This document shows positions 47,571 to 59,564 of a stretch of DNA of 64,000 nucleotides, piece by piece. Every line of letters starts with the position of its first letter. The stretch's first letter is position 1. The DNA comes from Chiloscyllium plagiosum (Eukaryota). The translations under genes and the position numbers were made by a program. The stretch lies in assembly GCF_004010195.1 (NCBI RefSeq), contig NC_057719.1, positions 70,849,526 through 70,913,525 on the forward strand, given 5' to 3'. The notes below the pieces were generated by a model. That model was not told where the DNA came from and did not search any database. It saw nothing but the letters and a program-made list of their open reading frames with translations.

Positions 47571-50500
47571 CACTACAACCTGTAGAGTTGGAACTGGTTT
47601 GGGAAGCACTGTTTGAAAGTGCAGGTCTTTCCTTTCTTCTGACTCGCCGACCCAATAGGTTGAGCTAATGCTGAGGGCGTCGTGTGAATGAACTGGAAAA
47701 CACTCGACAGGTCGTGAATAATCGTTTTAATGAGTGTGTAAAGCATGCGACGGGGTGCAGAGAGCTGTCGGGTTAAACAAACAACTTGTACCCTGATGTA
47801 ATCCGATTGTTAAAGTGCAAAGTGGTGTCATTCCAGTTTTCCGTTCCGTTGGTTAAAACCACAGCTCCAACACGCGGGAGTCCAATTGTCCCAATTAAAG
47901 AAAAATAACAATATTTTCTTAACTTGAGTGTGATCTTGTTTAATGTTAGTCTGTGGCTTAGCCAAGCATCAATTCAGACAAAAAGGTGATTTGTGAGCGT
48001 ACTACAGTCTTTAATCAAAGCCCAAGTTGATGCATAACATGTTTGCCACCCGTAGAGGACAATAAATTGTTATTTTGTTCAATTGATCTCTGTAGTATAT
48101 TTGATTCAGCAACGCGATGAATGAGGGCGATATAATATACACCCTCAGCATCGGGGAATTGCTTTGATTATAACATTTAACATTTTGTATGCAAACCAAC
48201 AATATGGTGTGTGTGTATTTCATACGTACTCAAACTATAAAAAGCCCAGTTTTTGAAGCGGGTTGATAAACACTGACACACAAAAATGTTAAAACGTCCT
48301 TAAAATTCCACATAATCACGTGCTTCCCAAATGTTGGCCACGTGTGAAACTTGCACAAAATGGGGAGGATTTTATTCACATGTACAGTCCCAAGTGTACA
48401 CTGTAGGTCTTTGGAACATTGAAACAATGGGATCGAAATAAATACTTAGTTTCAATTAATTACGACGATGTATTACCCAAACATAAGTAACCGATTGTTG
48501 CATGGAAACAAATACCGTGGAACCGCGTCGCTAACCGCCACGTGTTTATTGTGAACAGATTTGGAATCTACTGGGACATTTTAAATTTCCGATTGCGCCC
48601 ATTTCTAGGTTCCACAAATTTTGTAACGCTCTGGCGCTGTTAGGAAATGGAATTCTAGTGCGGAGAAGTTGCGGTCTTCCTAAATAAACTCACAATTTGC
48701 TGGCAGATTAGTGTCAGAATAGATTCGAGTTTTGCGCAAAGCTATTACTGATTAAAAACTGGAATCTGAAGAAAATTCAGTTTATGGCCCTTATATTTAA
48801 ATATTGTATATTTTCATTACTATTTTCAAACATTGTAACAATATCTTTCCTAAAAATATCTGTATGCCTTTATCCTTGTTATGTTCATTAATTGCTATTA
48901 ATTGTATTTATTTTGACAGACATAATTCAAAAACAACACCAATATAATATTGCCGAGTAAACGATTCAACCGGACAGACTTACAGTAATTACACAGTGGC
49001 GGAAAAATCAGACTAAGAAAATTGAAGTTTTACACAGTGTTGACAATAAGTGTTATACAATTGGTTCGTTCTCGTGTTTTCAAAGAAAGATCGGAGTAAA
49101 CTAATATAATTATAAGTGTTGATATTCCAGAATTGTTTCAGTTCATATATCAGCCTTACAGGGAATTGTTATATACCTGCAGGAGCCAAATCGCCCTAAT
49201 AATCTTTAAAATAAACCCCTAGATTGCTTCTTATTCTGGCTGTTTGTTTGCTCTGCTTTGCTGTGTAAGTAAAATGCACTAACATATGTTTACGTCAATA
49301 CAGCTGTGCTTTAAGAAACGTTTGTCTTGCTGAAGTGAAAACAGGTTCCAGAAACAAAAACATTTACAACGTCAGAAACAGGCGGTGACAATTCCAAACA
49401 CGTCAACAGTAACCCGCGAGTTTCAGAGGCATGGGAAATATGGCAGTGTTCCTATCAGAGATCTATTTGTCCAACTGTCGTGTAGTTTTAAAAATCTGTG
49501 TCTAACAGAAAGTTTAGAATTTGGTCCAATGCCTGTTCACACTGTTATGGCAAGTGAGTGTTCAGATAAATGCTTGCTGTACAAATACAGCTCTCGTATT
49601 CCCATCATAGCGCCTCAAAGTCCCATTTTTCATGCAAATAATAAAATAATCACGTCTGGCTGTACGAGCAAAACGCAAAGATGACTGAGTTGTGTTCGGT
49701 GAGAGTGGCCCGAATTTTCAGGGAGCCCCGCTCAAGACGGAAGGCGGCAGGCAAGATCCGCGAGCCAGTGTGAAGGTTTTGTCTCCTCCGGTAGTCACAC
49801 GGAAACGCATCTGTGAATCTGATAACATCTTCCTAAAATCATCGTCCCTCCCTAGAATGGTACTGAATTCACCAGCACAAAGCAAGCAGTCCCACTGCTC
49901 ACACACACGCACTCAGATGATAAGGCAGCTCTCGCTTGGAGAGTGACTCCACCGCGGAACCCGCTGTCTGACCAGGTGTCATAGAAAGCAATTTTAGACA
50001 GCGAGAAATATTGACCAAAGAAAAGGTGAATGTGATGAATGAAATTCTGGTCACAGAGCACGGAGACAGGCTATGGCATAAAGTGCTCTTTTGTACAAAT
50101 GAAAACATAGTTCGGGCCGTTCCAGGTTATGGTGGGTAAATAGCAGAGTCTCTGCCGGAGTAGGAATTGCTATTGTTAAACACGCTAAAGCCATTCCGCG
50201 TAAAGTAAAGGGGAAAGGGCAAAGGCATTCTTGAGATTAGATTTCTTTAAGTATTCCCTCTCGAAACAGTTCACTAGTTTTCCGAAAGTACTGTATTAAA
50301 AGAAAACATTCACAAAAGCAGATCCTTAGCCATTGCGCATCGGTTACACCACAAGCAACGTTAAACACAGAAAACTTTTTTATAATAATAAAACTTTTTT
50401 CGAGTCTATGCTGGTGATCGATGCGTTGGTGCTTCCTACATTTTAGAGCTAATCGCACTATCATCAGCTGAGGATATGTTTGAACGTAAACCTCGAAAAA

Positions 50501-52477
50501 TTGCACACTGACAAACCGAATTTTCTGAAATGTTGTGCAATCTAAAATCATCTGATTCGGCATCTGCATAAAATAAATATGTAATGTCAATGTTTATTTT
50601 GTTTTTTTTCTTGTAGTCAGGTTCTAGACGTTTATTATTATTTCCAGTTTTAATAATTACGCGTTTGAAAACTTCATGGCAGTCTCTTTCAAATTTTGTA
50701 AACGTTATTTAGTTATTGTGGAAGTCTGGTGACAGCTTTGTGTAACAGCTGAACTAACACATTTTACATCAACTGTATCTTGTTTGAGATTCAATAAAAC
50801 AGCATATTTCTCGATAAAATATGCACTGCATCAGCTTGAAATTCGCTGACATTAATCTTGCATTGTTTCGACGTTTCGTCTGTTAGCTGCAGATTGCTTT
50901 TGCCGTTTCAATTAAAATAAGTGAAATGTAAAATAGAAATTAGCTGGAAATTCACTGAATATTATATGGAGATAGTATAACGTGACAATATTTCGACTAT
51001 TATTGATATCACCAAAGTGTAACGGCCGAAGTAGAAGTTGCTACGCAAATTTTTTTGTTGCCTTGTAACATTATAATTATTTAACTTCTCTTCAAGCGAG
51101 CACAACTTCAATTAAAATAAAGGTGGTTAGTGTACACTGTTAATTTTAGATTGTAATTTCCTCAGGTCTATTCTAGTTAAAAAAAAGACATTGCAAAATT
51201 TTTGGAGTTTATTTCACGTAATGTAATGCCGATACCTTTTGTTTTAATTTCTACAAAGTCATATGAATTGTTCCCACTTTTTCTCGATTCTTTTAATAAC
51301 ATTAGTTCGCATATATAATGAAACGTCTTTGATATGAATTATGCCAAGGTATGCTTTTTGATCGCATGTTGTTGAGATTTTGCATTCCTCGCTAGCGACA
51401 TCATCATTTCATCTCTCCATTGTTGTTAAGACTAAAAAAAAACGGTTGGGTTGAAGCTAAAATGTTTTAGTATATCTAGATTATCATAAATAAACTTAGC
51501 AACCAACTTAGTCTTTTCGACCAGAAATATCAGAATTTTAATAGTGGAGCACATTTCACTGAGCGTTCGGTTAGGGTTGTTTCAAACTTTTTGTTTTGAA
51601 ATTAATTTTCACATCATAACTCTATATTTATGAATAAATATAAAATTGTTGTATTTCGCTTGACTTGAGTTGAAGGACGCTTTCTAAAACCTCATCCGTT
51701 AACTTTGCCACTCATATCAAACAGCCAAATACATTATAAGGTATGTCACCATGGTTGAAAACATTTTCAGTCATCACACTGAATCAATAAACAATACTTT
51801 TCGTGATAGTTTTAACCTGATTCTTCAAACCGAAGAGTCAGAAGCATGCACGCATATATATTTTTGTGTTCCTCGTAGTGAACTTGTACATCCAGGTTTG
51901 AGAACCTAATAACATCCCCGCGCGTTTCAGCAGGACAGACAAGACCTGGAAAATCATCAGTGTTTTTGATTTCAATAAACTTAAACCCAACCTTTCCTAA
52001 GTACAGTCAATGCAAGTTTTACTTTCTGTAAATATTGATGTTTCCTTTTTTTTGGATCTCGAAATATCTTTGCTTTTCGTTATAATGATTTCTCTTTCAG
52101 AATAAACAGAACACACACTTACTACCTGACGTTACTTCTTCACATTAAAGTAGATGAGTCAGGAACGATCTGATATGTCTCACGATTAGCTAAGTTATTA
52201 ACAAGGAGCTGGATAAGCACAGCGTCGTTTCATGAAAATTATGTTAGTATATGACATATGTTTATTGTCTTTTATTTCCTTAGTTAATGTTTTGGATAAC
52301 AAAATTAAATTTGACCGGCATAATATGGCGCTTACCATTTGGAGATGGTTAGATTAAATGTATCAAAGCTAGATCCAACTAGTGCCTATGGAAAATATGA
52401 TAGCTTTTCTTTCAGGTTTCCTTGATGAAATCAAATACACTTAAATTTGATCTAATTTAGCATTATACTGTGCAGAG

Positions 52478-52557
52478 TGTTGGGATGATTTACTTCTTTT
52501 ACCTTTGAGTTCTAGGGTCTGATAAAGGCTAGACAGATGGAATAAATCATCCCAACA
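52478..52557. repeat. Inverted repeat / ~80-nt hairpin
   Basis: TGTTGGGATGATTTA (52478-52492) is the exact reverse complement of TAAATCATCCCAACA (52543-52557). Inner TTTACCTTT / AAAGGCTAGA can also pair. Confidence 0.8.
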
Positions 52558-55253
52558 ATTTGATGCTTCTTAAGGGCTGTAACTGAAACAACTTTGTCCT
52601 GCATTAACCCAGTTTTCATTGGATATGAGTCTACAGCACAAAACTGTCTGTAATTTGGCACCAATTGCAGCTGATTGGATAGTCCCACATTGATGACTTG
52701 ATGTATAGTAAATGGAAATATCAGGGCAATGATCTTTTAGCTAGGGCAAGAAAAGCATGAAATAACACACCAAACACAAAACACAAAACAATACCTATTC
52801 CTGCAGCAAACTTAAGATATCCACCAAGCTGTTTGGCATGTTTTGTGATTTAGAAAGTTCAGTAGTTTGAAGGTTAGTACACAAAGGGAAACAAGTAAAC
52901 ATCTGTGATATAAATATAAGGTAATTACCAGATAAATTGACATTCTCTTATTTAATTTCCTTGTTTATTTTTAAGTGTGTTTAACTATTTATGTAAGAAC
53001 ATATTTGAAATAGTAAACATAATTTGATTGCTTTTATTTGGGTGATAATAAATGCTGTTTTAAATTTGTTTATAAAATTAGAAGTACCTATTTTCTTTAC
53101 ACTGATAAGAATTGTTAACTAGATTATTTCTAATGCATACCATATTAAAATAATTTGGAGACATACTCTTTCTTCTACTATTTAGCAGTTTGATATTTGA
53201 TCTAAATAAAACACATTTCCTCATTGCAAAAATGTGCAAAAATATAACTATCAAAATCATTTCATTGATTTTATTTTAAGAGCAAAGAATGTTTACCTCA
53301 TTTATATAAAATATTTTTTGTTCAGTGCTGTACATCTAAGAACATAAAGCCAGGCAAACAATTATCAACTAAAATTAATTGAAATATCTGTTGACGATAT
53401 GGTATAAAACTTGCATACTACTGTAGAGTCAGATGTACATGTAAGCATATGAACATAAAGGATGGGGAGAAAGGCTGGCCATTTAGTTTTACTTATGTTT
53501 AGTTTTATTTTGAACAAGTCATATGTTTGGTTACTTTACTGAACTACTTGTTAGCTTGGTCACCAAGTGACCACTAATTCTTCAACAGAATTGCATATTA
53601 TATAAAACTAATATCAGTTTGAAAAGCAACACTACATGCGTTAATTTAGGGTCTGGAGTCCCTCGTGTCTACTAATTACTTATGCAAGAATGTGCAGGCA
53701 TCATGAAGAATAGAGGACATTGAGCTAGTTAAAACCAACAATTACCTCATGCTTTAATTAACAAATTGATCCTTTTTCTTCTAGCACTATGCTTTTGCAT
53801 ACATATAGTAAAACAATACCCTGGCTCTGTATTTTCCAAAAATCACATATTCACTTTTTTTATGATTTGTGAATAAAGTGTGAGATCACACAATCTAAGC
53901 TTTTAATGTGATTTATTAACATTTAGCTAGAGTGTGATTAATTAAGAATGTGCACATTCAAGACTATGTATATGTATGAAATTGCTTCTACTATACAAAC
54001 AAACTAAATGTGCTCATTCGGACATCACAATAATAAATATTTAAACTGACTAACTTTATTCCCATTTGTCCTATTATATTGTACATGCTATAGGTACTGC
54101 TGAGTAAACACAAATAAACTATTTACACTGATATTGAGAGAGATATTTGTAAATTAAGTATAATTATATTGATATACATGCATTAACAAATCAGGGAATG
54201 GTGACTTGTTTTTTTGTGTGGGCAAGGTTACACTATAGTTCTTCTTGATGATTTATAATGAGATGATACTGGCACAAATCAGTACAGAGAGTGCCCACTG
54301 AGGTTTGTTTTCGGCAAGCAGAAAGGATGCATTTTTCCAAAGTATTTCTCTGTTGTTTCCAGACATCACATGGCAAGAACTTATACTTATATGGTTTCTT
54401 TAACAAAATAAGATGCTTAAAAGTGCCTCACCAACCTAGCAAATACGAAAGCCAGACTATTTTTCCTTGGCTTTCTGAAAATTCATTCTCAACCAATCAG
54501 GGAATACAGTCTGGAGGTAATATCTTTCATAAATTCCTCCCCCTTACTGGGAAGCCATTTGGTTGGGTCTTCAGTACAAAGTAGACACTTAGTAAGAATA
54601 CATTCCTCTAGAACAATCCAGTTGCAACTAGAATGCATTAGCATCTGGAATAGAACTTTGGTTGCAATATTATTAATACCTTCTCATTTAAATCCATTGA
54701 GCCTTCAAGAACTGGGATGTTATAAAATTAGTTCATGTTATTTCGGAAAGTTTCTAGAAGTTTAAAGCATTGTACCCGATTTATATTAAATGTCCAGTAC
54801 AAATGAATTTACATTATATGTCAATGTTTGAACAACTAAATTGTATTTATTCTGATGGCCATTAAACATTGAAATTGATTATCTGATGTATTTTCTTGTA
54901 ACAAAAATAAATCATGTTTGAATTAAATTTCTATGAGAATTTAATTTTGCAATAGAGTTTGGAATGTTTACATTTTTGGTAAAATTTTGTTAATAGCTTA
55001 TTATCCTGAATTATTATTTGGGATAATTATTATATGTGAAAAAATGTATCAACTAAAACTTCCCCTTTAGCACTTCATCACTGCTAAATAACAGTGAATG
55101 AGTACATATTTGTTTTCATCAACACTGTTAGCTTTATCTTTTACAAAAACATGTTTACATCTTATGCATCTATTCTGACAGATATTTTTGTTAAGCTGGT
55201 GGGGAGGGTGGTGTAGTGGCATTATGATGATACTGTATTTGTTTATAAACAGT

Positions 55254-55517
55254 CAGATTAGATTCCATACAGTGTGGAAACAGGCCCTTCAGCCCAAACC
55301 GACCCTCCAGGACCCATTTCCCTCTGAATGATGTACCTAACACTATGGGCAATTTAGCATGGCCAATTCACCTGCACATCTTTGGACTGTGGGAGGAAAC
55401 CCACACAGACACAGGGAGAATGTGCAAACTCCACACAGACAGTCACCCAAGGATGGAATTGAACCTGGGACCCTAGTGCTGTGAGGTAGCAGTGCTAACC
55501 ATTGAGCCACTGTGTCA
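55254..55517 (-). mobile_element. V-SINE (HE1-like)
   Basis: Reverse complement of the head, V-domain and AATCT tail seen at 2082-2399. Confidence 0.85.
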
Positions 55518-56888
55518 TACTCTGATTGGTATCAAGCAGTACAACCATCAGAGACAGAAACATTCATTTTGACAGAAACTTTCTGAAGCTCATGTCCACT
55601 CTTATCAGGTATGGATGTGGTAGAAGTTCAGCATTTACAATCTGATAAATGGTTGCAATTACATTGACTTTAAAATATAATTGTTCGTCCCATATGCATT
55701 GCCCACTGTTTCAAAGAAAGAGAGTAGGAAGTTGAAGTTATTGGAAAACTTGTGTGTGGGATAACTTTCAATCTAGGAAGAACTGGAATTGGAATAGAAT
55801 ACTAAAGACAACGCTAACTATTATATTTTAAGATTTCATGGATTGGTTACCTAACCGGACTTCAGTTATTTAATGGGTGCAACCATTTTAAAGTGCAATG
55901 CAATAATTGGTTGAATTTGCAGGCCTGCAGGTAAATATTCTTTTGGGGGACCTTTGCTGAATTAGACTTTAAATAAATATCAGAATGCACCAGTTGTTTA
56001 TTAGAGTTAATGAGAAAGGTGTCACACTTATAATTTTTTCCCACTGTTACAGATTTGGTGTGCCACCATATAGAGTTAATGTGTGATGCAAACTATGCAA
56101 TCCTTTTAATTATATTGATAATCTGCAACACATTGCTTTCCAATATATTTTCTTTAACTCCCAGTAATTTCAGCTTTGCTCCAATTTGCAAAGCATTTAG
56201 AATTAATTACAATATTTTTGGAAGAATCCATATCTTTGAAATTTGGAAGATAAAAAATGCAAGAGAGCACGAGCAGTATTAAAACCAAGCCATGCATACC
56301 TACGTGCATCAGCACTTGAAAGCTAGCTACATACATGCTCATTCAATAAAATTATAAATGGCTCATGCTGTCCAGTACAATTCCTGTCATCAAAAATGTA
56401 CTTGTAATGTCCTCTTGTTAAAACAAAATAGTGGCACAGTCTGATATATTGTCAATTTTTTGTGATTAGGCATTGCTGGTCTGTAATGTTCTTTAATCAT
56501 ATGACAGTGGTGAGAGTATTATCAGTAATCATAAATAAAGTGGCATTCTCAGAGGGTGAAAAGATAGAGCAAATAGTGAATGAATGTTCGATGTTATGAA
56601 TGAACAATGAATGTTATTGCTGGAAATATCAAGAATGCTGAATGCTAAAGTGCATTCTGTGGAAAACACTGAGCTCTGCAGCAGCCCAGTGCAATATTGG
56701 TTGAACAATTCAAGGTGGGACTTGCAATGCTGATGAAGTGGCAGAGTTAATGATTGAAATGCAGGAAGATATTTGAAGTAGCGAGCTGGGAAGAGGGAAC
56801 ATTGATTATAAATGAGCAAGTTGGTGAAGCAGCTGGGAAGTATGGCAGAGGAGAAAACAAGCAACGTAGCAAGTTGTAAGATGCAAGT

Positions 56889-57018
56889 TTAAAAACCTGA
56901 TGAAGGAGCGGCGCTCCGAAAGCTAGTGTGCTTCCAATTCAACCTATTGGAATATAACCTGGTGTTGTGTGATTTTTAACTTTGTACACCCCAGTCCAAC
57001 ACCGGCATCTCCAAATCA
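56889..57018 (+). mobile_element. Short PLE-associated element (third family) beginning with a hammerhead
   Basis: Hammerhead at the 5' end, ends ...ACCGGCATCTCCAAATCA. Near-perfect 12-bp TSD TAAGATGCAAGT (56877-56888) / TACGATGCAAGT (57019-57030). Confidence 0.7.
56894..56928 (+). ncRNA. Minimal type-I hammerhead ribozyme, intact core
   Basis: AC-CUGAUGA-A-GGAGC-GGC-GCUCC-GAAA-GCUA-GU. 5-bp stem II, palindromic AGCU in place of stem III, CUA cleavage triplet, stem I only 2 bp in this context. Confidence 0.7.
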
Positions 57019-57204
57019 TACGATGCAAGTAATTGCATAGCAGGCACAAAACACATGGAAAGAATGAGATGCTGTGATGGAGTAATATATAGTTTGAAAA
57101 AGATAGTTGTAGTCAATGGGCTGGAATTCATTTTTGTTGAGGCATATATGTATCGTGTTGCTGACTCGGTTGAATCAAGCAAGTTACTGTCTTTCAAATC
57201 AGTG

Positions 57205-57430
57205 GTCTGTGAGGATGCTGGTTAGCTCATTTGACTTGATGGCTGTCTTACAATGCAGGAGTGGCACCAACAGTGTGGGTTCCATTCCAGGGTGCTGTGA
57301 AGAACTCTCCTTCTCAAACCTGTCCACTCACCTGAGGTATGGTGACTCTCAGATTAAACTGTCATAAATTGTTTCTCTCTAATAAGAGAGCAGCCCTGTG
57401 GCCTGGTAGGAGTATGGTGACATAACCTTT
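57205..57430 (+). mobile_element. Older tRNA-headed SINE (family B)
   Basis: TAGCTCATTTG box A-like and GGTTCCATTCC box B-like motifs. Body similar to 21950-22140. Confidence 0.55.
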
Positions 57431-57969
57431 TGTGTATGCAAGGGTTATCCACTTATAGAAAGTTTTATGGTTCATCTGTGCTTCATTGAAAATAATTGTG
57501 TATCATATTTTGGAATTTGCTGTGATAAGATGGAGCAGCACGTGCAGCATGTAACCATAGTGAAAAGACAGCTCATAAAGTGAGAGCAGCAGGTCAATTC
57601 CTATCATGTGATAAGAAAATAATGATCAGTGGCTGAAGTATGGAAAGTAATAGCAGACCCTGGGGAATAAATCTTTGTCAATGCACATATTATTTTCTGT
57701 AGTGGTTAAAGCTAACAGTCTTGTTGAATGTAACAGTTCTACTGAAAACATAGCAGGCTGTTTAATTTCCTCTGTGTATCATTTAAAACAAAATGCTTTC
57801 ATTAGCTTTCTCCAACTTGGGCAAATAATTTCCCATTTGATGCAGCTGTTAAACAAGAAAATAATGCACAAAAGAACCAGTTACTCAGTTCACTGAAAAC
57901 AATGAAAGAAAGTTGCAACAAAATAGGCCGTTCACAATTAGAAGGATTCTCAAAGCTCTTTATAGACAA

Positions 57970-58326
57970 TAAAGTACTTTTGAAATGTAATCTGTGTTGA
58001 AATGTAAGAAACATGGCAGCACACAGCAAGGTCTCACAAATAACCGTGTGGTAATGATCTGTTTTAGCAATACAGGTTAAGGGATAAATATTAACCAGGG
58101 CACTGGGGATAACTCCCATGATCTTATTTGAAAAAATGCCATCTTTACATCTATTACATCCACCTAAGAAGTTGGAAAGGGTTTCTCTTTAACATCTTCT
58201 CTGAAAGACGGCTTTCTTATCAGTGTAGCCTTGGACTGTCAGTGTAGATTTCATGCTATGTCTCTAGAATAGGAGTTGAACTCACAGTCTTCTGACTCAG
58301 GAGTGCAACTACAGAGTCAAAGCTGA
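57970..58326 (-). mobile_element. DeuSINE-like (SacSINE1-like) element
   Basis: Minus strand reads tRNA-like head (GTGAGTTCAACTCC) then GTCTTTCAGAGAAGATGTTAAAG...GGTGGATGTAA...GGGAGTTATCCCCAGTGCCCTGGTTAATATTTATCCC, matching the Deu domain as recalled. Confidence 0.6.
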
Positions 58327-58569
58327 AGCAAATGTTAAGTCAGAGGAAAAACATGGAAGATAACTGCTAAAATTTGCAAAATTAGCAATTATGTCCAAAG
58401 GGAAGAGGAGTGAAATGCAAGACATTGAAAAGGAATGACGTGGATTCCTCGGTCAGCTGGTTCTTCCAAAAACTTGGCAATGCATTGAAGTATGCTGTTA
58501 CTGTGGTGAAAGAATTCTAATTATTATGGATAGTACAGTGGAATGACAAATTATTCTATAACATTGGGT

Positions 58570-58775
58570 TCATATGAATTAGGAGCAAAGGTAGGCTATT
58601 TGGCCTTTCAACCTTTCCCTTCCATTCAGTAAGATCTTGGCTGATTTGTTTGCGTTCTGAACTCCATGTTCCCACCTATCCTGAATGAACATTGATTCTC
58701 TTGCCTGTCAAGAAATTAGCAATCTCCACTCTAAAAACATTGAATGAGCCCACCTCCACCATCTTCTGTGGTAGA
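58570..58775 (-). mobile_element. CR1 3' tail fragment
   Basis: Reverse complement of a CR1 3'UTR (…CAGCCAAGATCTTACTGAATGG…AGGCCAAATAGCCTAC…GCTCCTAATTCATATG). Confidence 0.55.
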
Positions 58776-59064
58776 GGTACAAAATAGAAACTCAAAACTA
58801 GAAATCTGTGAGGCACTGTGCACTGTCAACAGCTGCAGTATTGTACCAAAACACACCACAGCCCAGCATCTCTCTCAATCAACATTACCATCAAGCCAGG
58901 GGATCAACCCTGGTTCAAACCACAGTGCAAGAGAGCATGCAAGGAGTGGTAGCACGCAAACCTTAAAGTCCCGTTTCAACCTGTGTATCAAAAAGCATAA
59001 GAAGGAAATACTGAACAGAGCTAAGTGATCTGCAACCAATGAAGCTGATCAAGGCTTTGCCAGA

Positions 59065-59560
59065 ACTAATCATGAGTGTTGGTGAACTGGGCAGGTAGGT
59101 GGAAGATGAAGTTCAATGTGAAGGTGTGAGGTGATGCATTTTGCCGGGAAGAACATGGACAGATGATATAAAATGGTGCATATAACAGCTAAGGAATTGC
59201 TTATACTGTGCGTAGATCTCTGAAAGTGGCAGGACAAGTGGAGATGACAGTTAATAAAGCGCATAATGTCCTGTGTTTTATTAATAGAGGCAGATGGCAA
59301 AACAGTGAGGAGATTATATTGAACTAAGACACGTATTAGACCTCAAATAATTATTGTGCACAGTGCTGGGTGGCACTCCATTAAGATGTGAACAGATTGG
59401 AAAGTGTGCAGAAGAGATTTATAAAAATGGTTCCAGGAATGAGCCACTTCTGTTCTGAGGATATATTGAAGAGATTGAAAGTGTCCTCTTTGGAGGAGGA
59501 AGGCTAGGAGGAAATCTGATAGATGTTTTCTGACTTATTAGACACCTGGTGGGATCTCTA
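59065..59560 (+). mobile_element. Decayed CR1 ORF2 C-terminal fragment
   Basis: Remnants MKFNVK/CEVMHF, LESVQKRFIKMVPGM and LEEEG..GNLIDVF. Confidence 0.65.
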
Positions 59561-59564
59561 AAAT

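Noticed and set aside
47226..47668. Thr/His- and Cys/Val-rich ORFs
   Set aside because: Translations of the TG-rich repeat.
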